Origin: a virus | Length of the DNA: 45,172 nucleotides | IMG/VR virus record: IMGVR_UViG_3300029220_000012 | Strand: one strand, 5' to 3' | Position numbers and translations under genes: made by a program | The notes under the pieces: model-generated | What the model was told of the DNA's origin: nothing | Databases searched by the model: none | What the model saw: the letters and a program-made list of their open reading frames with translations, nothing else | In this document: piece after piece, positions 14,749 through 22,546 of the stretch | How the letters are laid out: every line of letters starts with the position of its first letter | How positions within the stretch are numbered: the first letter of the stretch is position 1

Positions 14749-15766
14749 GCTTATAAGACCTTTAATTATTGCTGCGAGAATTTTGGATGAAGATTATCCG
14801 AAAGACCCGAATCCTGAAAATTGGCGTACTATCAGTGGTGCAAAAGTGCATCTGAACGAAAAAGGTCAGATTGACGGTGGTGCTGGCAGTAAGTTTAATA
14901 AGAAAAAATTCGGCAGCAATTTTAGTGCTCAAGAAGGTTTTTCTGGAGAATATGCAGCGCCGAACTCTTCTGAGGAAAAATCGCCTATCAAAAAAGCAGC
15001 TTCTGTCTTTACTGAAGCATCTGTACAGCCATACAATGCCCAGGAGAGTAATTATCCGTTCCGTAAATCAAATTACACTAAGGCGCATAAGGATACTGCT
15101 GTGTGGTGCAAATCCATGGAAGAATCGAAGAAAAAATTTGATGCGCAAGCTCTTACTGTCTGGGAATCTGCAAATCATGAAGAACGTGAAGCTATTAAAA
15201 AATATACGGCCGAGTATGAGCAATTTAATGACCCTTTGCGCGGTTATGAATACGGGACTGGCCAATATAAAGGTGTAGGGAGTATTGACTTTGAGAATAT
15301 TGGCAATAATAGTTATGGTAAATTAAAACCTGGCGAAGCTAGAGACCTAATCACAAATATGACCAACTACATTGACCGTAGTGCTTTTGATGAGGATATC
15401 TGGCTGCAGCGTGGTTGCAGTTTTATAGGCATGGATAAATTTTTCAATCTCCGAAAGCCGATGCAAGACTACACTCTTGATGAGCTGAGAGCTGAAATTT
15501 TAGGTACTAAACCCACAGAACATGGTTTCATGTCTTGTGGCGCTGCCAAAGGTACAGGCTTTGATAAAAAACCAGTTATTCTTAATATTTATGCTCCAGC
15601 AGGAACTAAAATGGCTTATACTGCTAATTTTTCTATTTTCGAAGAAGAAAATGAAATGGTTTTGCAGCGCGGCACGCAGTTTCGCGTTGCAAAAGTAGAA
15701 GAAAAACCTGGCGAAGGCTTCTTTATTGACCTTGAGGTCGTTGGTTACAATATACAGAAAGTGTAG
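14747..15766 (+). CDS. Mono-ADP-ribosyltransferase, C3/VIP2-like (R-S-ExE class)
   Basis: Arg motif WLQRGCSF, STS-position FMSCG, ExE motif EENEMVLQRG. Start ambiguous: ATG 14747 (SD GGGAG 14733-14737) lies inside P2, and TTG 14783 is the first start reachable from a P2 transcript. Confidence 0.85.
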   Translation: MLIRPLIIAARILDEDYPKDPNPENWRTISGAKVHLNEKGQIDGGAGSKFNKKKFGSNFSAQEGFSGEYAAPNSSEEKSPIKKAASVFTEASVQPYNAQESNYPFRKSNYTKAHKDTAVWCKSMEESKKKFDAQALTVWESANHEEREAIKKYTAEYEQFNDPLRGYEYGTGQYKGVGSIDFENIGNNSYGKLKPGEARDLITNMTNYIDRSAFDEDIWLQRGCSFIGMDKFFNLRKPMQDYTLDELRAEILGTKPTEHGFMSCGAAKGTGFDKKPVILNIYAPAGTKMAYTANFSIFEEENEMVLQRGTQFRVAKVEEKPGEGFFIDLEVVGYNIQKV

Positions 15767-15775
15767 GTAAAAATC

Positions 15776-16006
15776 ATGGGATTATATGAACGTCATGCAG
15801 ACGAATTGTTGAGTGATAATACTCATAATGCCGGGTACGAGCAGTGTAAGGAGTGCGTTTATTCCGGTAAGCCGGGAACGGCTGCTTATAGCCGTTGCAT
15901 CTGTGACAAGTATCCATTGAGCGATGGTGATGATCAATGGGCAACCAGCAAGCCTGATGGTATTGAAGATGGCTCGTTAAGATGCAAATTTAGAAAAGAC
16001 CGTTAA
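15776..16006 (+). CDS. 76-aa Cys-rich (zinc-binding-like) protein
   Basis: CKEC...CICDKY...C pattern. 10 nt downstream of the ADPRT stop. Confidence 0.6.
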   Translation: MGLYERHADELLSDNTHNAGYEQCKECVYSGKPGTAAYSRCICDKYPLSDGDDQWATSKPDGIEDGSLRCKFRKDR

Positions 16007-16020
16007 TGTTAAATAAATGA

Positions 16021-16049
16021 CTTGAATGTTTTAAGTATTAGAGTTAACA
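16021..16049 (+). promoter_or_regulatory. Promoter P3 (TTGAAT-17 bp-TAACAT)
   Basis: AAATAAATGACTTG is identical to P4. GAGT before the -10. Confidence 0.55.
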
Positions 16050-16062
16050 TAACAACAATCAA

Positions 16063-16248
16063 GTGAAAGGTTGTGATTATGTTATGGAAAAACAGATTTA
16101 TTACGATTATTTAGAAGAGCTGCGTCAGTCTGGCGTAACGAATATGTTCGGTGCTGCTCCGTATCTCATGCGTGAATTTGATTTGAGTTATGATGAAGCA
16201 TCAAAAATACTTAGCGACTGGATGGGTAGCTACAAGCAACCAGAATAA
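16063..16248 (+). CDS. Hypothetical small protein (start GTG 16063 or ATG 16084)
   Basis: ORF between P3 and a terminator. Core sequence YLEELRQSGVTNMFGAAPYLMREF. Confidence 0.6.
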   Translation: MKGCDYVMEKQIYYDYLEELRQSGVTNMFGAAPYLMREFDLSYDEASKILSDWMGSYKQPE

Positions 16249-16275
16249 CTTACTATCAAAAAAATCACTAACGTA

Positions 16276-16310
16276 AACCTCGAGCTTAACGGCTCGGGGT
16301 TTTTCTGTTT
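16276..16310 (+). terminator. Intrinsic terminator
   Basis: Stem AACCTCGAGC/GCTCGGGGTT with a 6-nt loop, followed by TTTTTCTGTTT. Confidence 0.7.
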
Positions 16311-16322
16311 CCGGAGGTAATT

Positions 16323-17624
16323 ATGAAAATCATTGATATGCCCATCGGCGATGTGATCCCGTATAAAAACAATCCGCGGCGCAATGATGCAGCCGTGAAG
16401 CCGGTTATGGAATCTCTGAAGGAGTTCGGCTGGAAGCAGCCTATTGTTATCGACAAGAATAATGTTATCGTCTGTGGGCACACCCGCTTGCGTGCCGCTA
16501 AACGACTTAAGATGAAGACTGTGCCGTGCGTGATGGCGGATGACCTTACGCCGGAGCAGATTAAAGCGTTCCGGCTGGCGGATAATAAAACCGCCGAGTT
16601 TGCAAGCTGGGACATGGATATGCTCAACAGCGAGCTGCTCGACATCAAAGGTATAGACATGGGCGACTTTGGCTTCGACATGCCGGAGCCTGAACCGGAG
16701 GAGGATGCTTTTGATGTGGATACAGCGCATGAGGAAGCTGCTAAGAATCCTGTAACTACGCCGGGCACGCTGTACCAGCTCGGGAACCATCGCTTATTAT
16801 GTGGCGATTCAACAAATCGTACTGATGTAGCACGTTTATTGGGGGGGCAAATGGTTGACATGGTGTTTACCGATCCTCCCTATAATGTCGCTTACCAAGG
16901 CGGCACAAAAGACAAGCTCACCATTAAAAACGATTCCATGAGTGAGGCTGAATTCAAAAACTTTTTAGATGCAGTGTTTGATAATTATTTTGCGGCGATG
17001 AAGCCCGGCGCGTCCTTTTACGTGTGCTACGCTAGTCGCAGTGCAGTCGAGTTCCGACAGGCTATTGTTGATGCCGGTCTGCTGCTGAAGCAGGACCTTG
17101 TCTGGTGCAAGAACACGTTTACTCTGGGAAGGCAGGACTACCAATGGCAGCATGAGCCTATCCTTTACGGCTGGAAGCCTGGCGCGAAGCACCGCTTTTT
17201 TGGCGGTCGTAAGCTGTCAACAGTTATCCCAGACAACTATCCGGTGGAGGTTGGCTACGATGCCGATGGGCATCAGCTCATCCACATCAGCATCGGGCTT
17301 AAGACCGTCTGTCTGCGTGCCGATAACGTAGAGGCTGTGGACACAGAAGAGGTTAACAGCGTAATCCATGTTGACAAGCCCACGCGCAACGCCGAGCATC
17401 CCACCATGAAGCCGATTGCCCTCTGTGCTAAGTGCATCAAGAATAGCTGCCAGCAAGGTGATGCTGTGCTTGATTTGTTTGGCGGCTCTGGCTCCACGCT
17501 CATTGCCTGCGAGCAAATCAACCGCCAATGCTACAGCATGGAGCTTGATCCTGTGTACTGCGATGTCATCGTTAAGCGTTGGGAAGCTCTCACCGGCAGG
17601 AAGGCCGAGGTAATCGGTGGCTAA
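16323..17624 (+). CDS. DNA methyltransferase (N6-A/N4-C type) with N-terminal ParB-like nuclease domain
   Basis: ParB-like VCGHTRLRAAKRL. Catalytic FTDPPYNV. SAM-binding VLDLFGGSGST. Confidence 0.9.
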   Translation: MKIIDMPIGDVIPYKNNPRRNDAAVKPVMESLKEFGWKQPIVIDKNNVIVCGHTRLRAAKRLKMKTVPCVMADDLTPEQIKAFRLADNKTAEFASWDMDMLNSELLDIKGIDMGDFGFDMPEPEPEEDAFDVDTAHEEAAKNPVTTPGTLYQLGNHRLLCGDSTNRTDVARLLGGQMVDMVFTDPPYNVAYQGGTKDKLTIKNDSMSEAEFKNFLDAVFDNYFAAMKPGASFYVCYASRSAVEFRQAIVDAGLLLKQDLVWCKNTFTLGRQDYQWQHEPILYGWKPGAKHRFFGGRKLSTVIPDNYPVEVGYDADGHQLIHISIGLKTVCLRADNVEAVDTEEVNSVIHVDKPTRNAEHPTMKPIALCAKCIKNSCQQGDAVLDLFGGSGSTLIACEQINRQCYSMELDPVYCDVIVKRWEALTGRKAEVIGG

Positions 17625-18039
17625 TGAACAGAACCTCAATCCTTGCCGAAGCAAGAGCGAAGCAAGAGAAAGAGGTGCTGCTGGTGGTGTAAAATCTGGT
17701 GAAGCCCGGCGCCGCAAACGTGCTATGCGTGAGGTCCTTGATGACCTGCTGCAGATGCCGCTCAAACGTGGCGAGCTGAAGAATGTTGAGTGCCTGGGTG
17801 ACCTGATGGGGCCGAACGGTAAGATTAACCTGCTGAACGGTAAAATCAATGTAACCGTGGAGCAGGCTGTGTTGCTTGGTCAGGTCGTGCTTGCTATGCA
17901 GGGCAATACCAAGGCTGCGACATTCTTGCGTGACACGGCAGGGCAGAAAATTCTTAAGGATGCCGAAGAGCAGTCTCAATATGAGGACGATGGCTTTACC
18001 GACGCAATCAAGCGCAGTGCAAAGGATGTGTGGAAATAA
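17617..18039 (+). CDS. Terminase small subunit (putative)
   Basis: Basic N-terminus GGVKSGEARRRKR and the motif AMQGNTKAATFLRDTAGQK resemble small terminases. Immediately upstream of TerL. Confidence 0.65.
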   Translation: MANEQNLNPCRSKSEARERGAAGGVKSGEARRRKRAMREVLDDLLQMPLKRGELKNVECLGDLMGPNGKINLLNGKINVTVEQAVLLGQVVLAMQGNTKAATFLRDTAGQKILKDAEEQSQYEDDGFTDAIKRSAKDVWK

Positions 18040-19379
18040 TGGGCATCGTTGGCAGGCTGCGCAGTATTATCAAACCTGTTATCAAGTTCTATGAGTTTAG
18101 TAAAAAACAAATGCAAATCTTGACGTGGTGGTGTGAAGATTCTCCCTACCACGATTACAATGGCATCATAGCTGACGGCTCCATCCGTGCTGGTAAAACG
18201 GTAGCGATGGCCGTCTCTTTTGTCATTTGGGCTATGGACAGCTACGATGGCCAGAATTTTGCCATGTGCGGTAAAACCGTAGGCAGCTTCCGGCGTAACG
18301 TCTGGAAATGGCTCAAGCCTGTACTGCTGGTGCGTGGCTATCAGGTGGAAGAATCACGCACGGAAAACCTTATCGTGATAGCTCGCAAGCAAGGCAGCAC
18401 GATGAAGCTGAATTACTTCTACGTGTTCGGCGGCCGCGACGAATCCTCGCAGGACCTTATTCAAGGTATTACTTTGGCTGGTCTGTTTTGCGATGAGGTT
18501 GCGCTCATGCCTGAATCATTTGTAAATCAGGCATCCGGCCGCTGCTCTGTGCCGGGCGCTAAGCTGTGGTTTAACTGCAACCCGGACAGCCCGATGCACT
18601 GGTTCCTGTTGCGCTGGATTGAGAAGTGCGACGAGAAGCGCTTGCTGCATATCCATTTCCTGATGGACGACAATCCGTCGCTATCTGACGAGGTACGTGA
18701 ACGCTACCGGACGATGTATTCCGGTGTGTTCTACCGACGCTTTATTCTAGGCGAGTGGGTAATGGCGCAGGGCGCTATCTATCGTGATGCGTGGAGTGAT
18801 GAGCTGCTCTTTGGTGATGATCAGCTGGAGTACCTGCTTAAAAATCTGCACATCATGCGCCGCTCCATTACGATTGACTATGGCACCGTGAACCCGATGG
18901 TGTATCTGGACGTGCTCGATGATGGGCGCGACCTGTGGTTTATCCGCGAGTATTATTGGGACAGCCGTGCTGAAGAAAAGGAGAAGGACAACAGCCAGTA
19001 CGCCGACGACCTGCTTGAGTTCGTGCGTGGTGTGGAGCTGTGGCCGACAAATGTGGTCATAGATCCATCTGCAGCCAGCTTTAAGATTGAGCTGCGTAAC
19101 CGTGGCTTGCGTGCAAAGGAGACGGTGGAAACAATCAACGCCGACAATGATGTCATTGAGGGCATCCGCAAGGTGAACACGCTGCTAACCCGTCGCCGCA
19201 TCCATTTTTATTGTGGCTTAGTGCACACGCTGAAGGAGATGCAGTCCTATTGTTGGGACGACAAGGCTCTGCAGCAGTCTGGCAAGGAGAAGCCTATTAA
19301 AGTAGCTGACCATGCGCCTGATGCGGTGCGCTACTATGTATCAACAGTCATCAGGCCAAGGAGGATAGCAAATGTCTAA
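18039..19379 (+). CDS. terL: Terminase large subunit
   Basis: Walker A-like ADGSIRAGKT, Walker B-like LFCDEV. TAATG overlap start at 18039 (track start at 18030). Confidence 0.9.
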   Translation: MGIVGRLRSIIKPVIKFYEFSKKQMQILTWWCEDSPYHDYNGIIADGSIRAGKTVAMAVSFVIWAMDSYDGQNFAMCGKTVGSFRRNVWKWLKPVLLVRGYQVEESRTENLIVIARKQGSTMKLNYFYVFGGRDESSQDLIQGITLAGLFCDEVALMPESFVNQASGRCSVPGAKLWFNCNPDSPMHWFLLRWIEKCDEKRLLHIHFLMDDNPSLSDEVRERYRTMYSGVFYRRFILGEWVMAQGAIYRDAWSDELLFGDDQLEYLLKNLHIMRRSITIDYGTVNPMVYLDVLDDGRDLWFIREYYWDSRAEEKEKDNSQYADDLLEFVRGVELWPTNVVIDPSAASFKIELRNRGLRAKETVETINADNDVIEGIRKVNTLLTRRRIHFYCGLVHTLKEMQSYCWDDKALQQSGKEKPIKVADHAPDAVRYYVSTVIRPRRIANV

Positions 19380-20847
19380 AAGAAAACGCAGGCGCGCCCT
19401 TGACAAAGCTCCTGAGCCGCAGCCAATACGCAGCAGGGCGCTCGACGCGTTTAGTAACGTACTGGCTCGTTTGGGTGCTGGTACTCCGAATCTGTTGGAA
19501 GGCACGGAGTACAGTCTGCAGCGCATGTCGCGTGATTTCAACACTCTAAATGCTCTCTACCGTGAGAGCTGGATTGTCCGTCGTATCATCGACGTTATCC
19601 CGGCGGACATGCTTAAAAATTGGATAACGATTACGAGCGGTCTGGATCCCGATGTAGAGAAGCGGCTCAGTCTTACTTTGCGCCGTACTCAGCTCATTGA
19701 CAAGCTTAAGCGTGGCATGCAGTGGGGCAGGCTCTACGGTGGCGCGTTAGGCGTGATGCTGGTCAAACACCAAGGCTACGACCTTAGCCAACCGCTGCAG
19801 CTTGACTGGATAATGCCTGGCGATTTCGCAGGGCTGCTTATCTTCGACCGCTGGAACGGAGTTAACCCATCCAGCGAACTCATCGAAGATATTAGTGATC
19901 CTGATTACGGTTTTCCAAAATATTACACTGTGACTGATCCTGCCGGTGGTGGCTCCGTGAAGATTCATCATAGCAGGGTAGTTCGTTTTACTGGTAACGA
20001 ACTACCTTTTTGGGAGGAAATTGCCGAGATGCAGTGGGGTGCGTCGGTCGTTGAGTCTATTTTTGATGAGCTGCGTAAGCGTGACAATGTAAGCTGGAAC
20101 ATTGCGCAGTTGACCTTCATGGCGAACATCCGCGTGCTTAAAATGCAGGACTTAGGTCAGCTTCTGGCGGCAACGGACAACGAGTCGCAGGCTGAGCTGC
20201 TGCGAACGCTGGAAGCGCAGAACATGCTGCTGAACAATATGGGCATGCAGGTTATGGATGCTGCAGATGGTCTGGAAACACACCAGTATACTTTCGGCGG
20301 CCTTGCTGACTGCTATCAGCAGTTTATCATGGACATCAGCGGCGCTGCTGAAATTCCGGTGACGCGTCTGTTCGGGCGCTCTCCCTCTGGCCTTAATGCT
20401 ACAGGCGAGAGTGACCTACAGAACTACTACGACATGATAGCTGAGAAGCAGGAGTCTTATCTGCGTCCTATCTTGAACAAAGTGCTTCCGCCGTTCATCA
20501 TCTCGACACTAGGCAGCCTGCCTGATGACTTTGATTTTGAATTCGACCCGGTTGCAGAGCCTACCGACAAAGAGCGCGCCGACCTTGCCAAGTGTGGCAC
20601 AGACAATGTTGTGGCTGCCTACAATGCTGGTCTTATCTCTCAGCGCACTGCTCTGAAGGAGTTGAAGCAGCAGAGCGAGCGCACCGGTGTCTGGACGAAC
20701 ATCACCGATGAGGACATCGAGCGCGCATCTGACTCTGTGGAGCCGCCTGGCGAGATGGGAGGCATGTTTGGCGACATGGGCGGTGGCGAGGCTGCTGGTG
20801 CTGTTGGTGTTGAACCTCAGCAAAATAAACCGCCTGAATCTGAATAA
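19372..20847 (+). CDS. Portal protein
   Basis: 491 aa, overlaps the TerL stop by 8 nt. Position and size. Resembles DUF1073-type portals from memory. Confidence 0.8.
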   Translation: MSKRKRRRALDKAPEPQPIRSRALDAFSNVLARLGAGTPNLLEGTEYSLQRMSRDFNTLNALYRESWIVRRIIDVIPADMLKNWITITSGLDPDVEKRLSLTLRRTQLIDKLKRGMQWGRLYGGALGVMLVKHQGYDLSQPLQLDWIMPGDFAGLLIFDRWNGVNPSSELIEDISDPDYGFPKYYTVTDPAGGGSVKIHHSRVVRFTGNELPFWEEIAEMQWGASVVESIFDELRKRDNVSWNIAQLTFMANIRVLKMQDLGQLLAATDNESQAELLRTLEAQNMLLNNMGMQVMDAADGLETHQYTFGGLADCYQQFIMDISGAAEIPVTRLFGRSPSGLNATGESDLQNYYDMIAEKQESYLRPILNKVLPPFIISTLGSLPDDFDFEFDPVAEPTDKERADLAKCGTDNVVAAYNAGLISQRTALKELKQQSERTGVWTNITDEDIERASDSVEPPGEMGGMFGDMGGGEAAGAVGVEPQQNKPPESE

Positions 20848-20852
20848 ATGAC

Positions 20853-20881
20853 TTGCAATAATTATACATGAGAGTTAATAT
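20853..20881 (+). promoter_or_regulatory. Promoter P4 (TTGCAA-17 bp-TAATAT)
   Basis: Starts at the portal stop codon (TAAATGACTTGCAA). GAGT before the -10. GGAGG and ATG 20913 follow 32 nt later. Confidence 0.55.
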
Positions 20882-20912
20882 GTACACACTAAAAATTACG
20901 GAGGTTAGTGTC

Positions 20913-21710
20913 ATGGATAAAACTAAACTTAACCTGGAACGCTTGCGTGCTTATGATGCTGAATGGGAAGAAGATAAGCACCCGCGTGCTGAAAACGGAC
21001 AGTTCACTTCAGGTAGTGGCAGTGCTGGTGGCGGAACTGAAAGCGGTAGTAAGTACGGCTACAGTCGTTCTGAGCAGCATGTTGCCAGTAAAATGGAAGA
21101 ATGGGGCAATGAGCAAGGAAACATTGCTGCACTTGAAGCTGCCGATGCTTTCCGTGATGCGCGTGAAGATGAAAATGATATGCGTGAAGTCTTGAAATCT
21201 GTACGTCAGCATTTAGTAGAAAACGAAGATGACATTCGTGGTTATGATGAAAATCCCAAAAATTTTGACAAGGTTATGGAACAGCTGGATGATATGGAGT
21301 CTATGCTTAATGACCAAGATACTTATGAATTCAAGCACGGTGAAATTAAATCTCCGCTCCGTCAGGCTGCTGAGGCGGTGCAGGGCGGCGATGGCAGGCT
21401 TAAAGGTTACAAGGGCTTGAGCTTTACACAGGAAACCAGCGAGGCTGATTCTGGCACTCCTGCCGGCGAGGTACATAATTTCATTGTTGGCAACCTTAAA
21501 GGCAAGGAACCGACGAAGGAAAATGTAACGGCTGCGTGCAAGCAGGTAGTAAATATGCTGAATGACGATATTAAATATCTGAGTGAGCGCGCTGCCACAG
21601 CTAGACGTTATGGCAATGAACAGGCTGCTAAGGAAGGGGAAGCAAATATTGAAAAGCAGCAACAAAGAATACAAGCTGCTTATGAGGTTACAATGGGTTT
21701 TAGTAAATGA
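20913..21710 (+). CDS. Acidic hypothetical protein inserted between portal and MuF-like genes
   Basis: RBS ACGGAGG before ATG 20913, so the track start at 20868 lies inside the promoter. N-terminal EEDKHPRAENGQFTSG motif. ATGA coupling into the next gene. Confidence 0.75.
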   Translation: MDKTKLNLERLRAYDAEWEEDKHPRAENGQFTSGSGSAGGGTESGSKYGYSRSEQHVASKMEEWGNEQGNIAALEAADAFRDAREDENDMREVLKSVRQHLVENEDDIRGYDENPKNFDKVMEQLDDMESMLNDQDTYEFKHGEIKSPLRQAAEAVQGGDGRLKGYKGLSFTQETSEADSGTPAGEVHNFIVGNLKGKEPTKENVTAACKQVVNMLNDDIKYLSERAATARRYGNEQAAKEGEANIEKQQQRIQAAYEVTMGFSK

Positions 21711-22546
21711 AAAAATTTAAAATGCCGCGAGTCATTGAACGCTCTTATGCCAGCGCCATTGACCGCCTGATGCAAGGACTGAAGCGTGAGTTATCTCACG
21801 TTGCCAGTCCTTTTTTTATTGCTGACATAATGCGTCGGCTGGCTCGTTCTCCGACTTTTATCCAAGCCTGCGACCAAATCGCACGCTCGATGGCCACGCA
21901 TCTGTTCCGCGACGGGCATAAGACGTGGCGTGCCGCAGCAGCCGAGGGCAGCAAGGGGCGAATCATCCGCACCGCTCTACAGCGCGAGCTTGCCTCGCCA
22001 CGCGTCGCAAAAGTGTACGAGGGTATAATCAGTCGCAACGCTGAATTAATCCGCTCTATGCCGCTCACGCTGGCTGATAGGGTGGCTCATAAGGTTGCTA
22101 AAGGTTATGAGCAAGGCTTGCGACCGGAGGCGATGATAGACGATATCCTCAAGGAGTACCCGCACATGACCGAAGCTCATGCAAGGCTCATTGCCCGCAC
22201 GGAAACGTCTAAAGCCAGCACGGCTCTGACGCAGGTGCGGGCTGCTGAGGCAGGGCTTGAGTGGTATGTCTGGCGGACGAGCGAGGACTCTCGTGTGCGT
22301 TCTGCTCACGCTCATATGGATGGCGTGATTATCCCTTGGAGCGAGGCACCGGCGCCGGAACTGCTTAACCATGAGAAGTCGCAAGGGTACTACCATGCGG
22401 GGAACATTTATAATTGCCGCTGCTATCCTGAGCCGCTTATCAGGTTTGACCAGGTGGCGTGGCCAGCTAAGGTGTACCGCAACGGCAAAATCGAGCGCAT
22501 GGGCATAAAACAATTTAAGAAATTATTACCTGGAGGTGAGCTATGA
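21707..22546 (+). CDS. Head morphogenesis protein (SPP1 gp7 / Mu F-like)
   Basis: ARTETSKA...WRTSEDSRVRSAHAHMDG...YNCRCYPEP motif set. Confidence 0.85.
   Translation: MKKFKMPRVIERSYASAIDRLMQGLKRELSHVASPFFIADIMRRLARSPTFIQACDQIARSMATHLFRDGHKTWRAAAAEGSKGRIIRTALQRELASPRVAKVYEGIISRNAELIRSMPLTLADRVAHKVAKGYEQGLRPEAMIDDILKEYPHMTEAHARLIARTETSKASTALTQVRAAEAGLEWYVWRTSEDSRVRSAHAHMDGVIIPWSEAPAPELLNHEKSQGYYHAGNIYNCRCYPEPLIRFDQVAWPAKVYRNGKIERMGIKQFKKLLPGGEL

Noticed and set aside
16230-16861. Two minus-strand ORFs (16230..16790, 16286..16861) and similar antisense or out-of-frame ORFs elsewhere (e.g. 7288..7890 -, 8180..8752 -, 9982..10554 -, 17217..17849 -, 22882..23442 -, 29686..30240 -, 36471..37160 -)
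   Set aside because: All are embedded in plus-strand genes with recognisable motifs (DPPY methylase, primase-helicase, scaffold, tape measure, baseplate). None has its own RBS, promoter or terminator.
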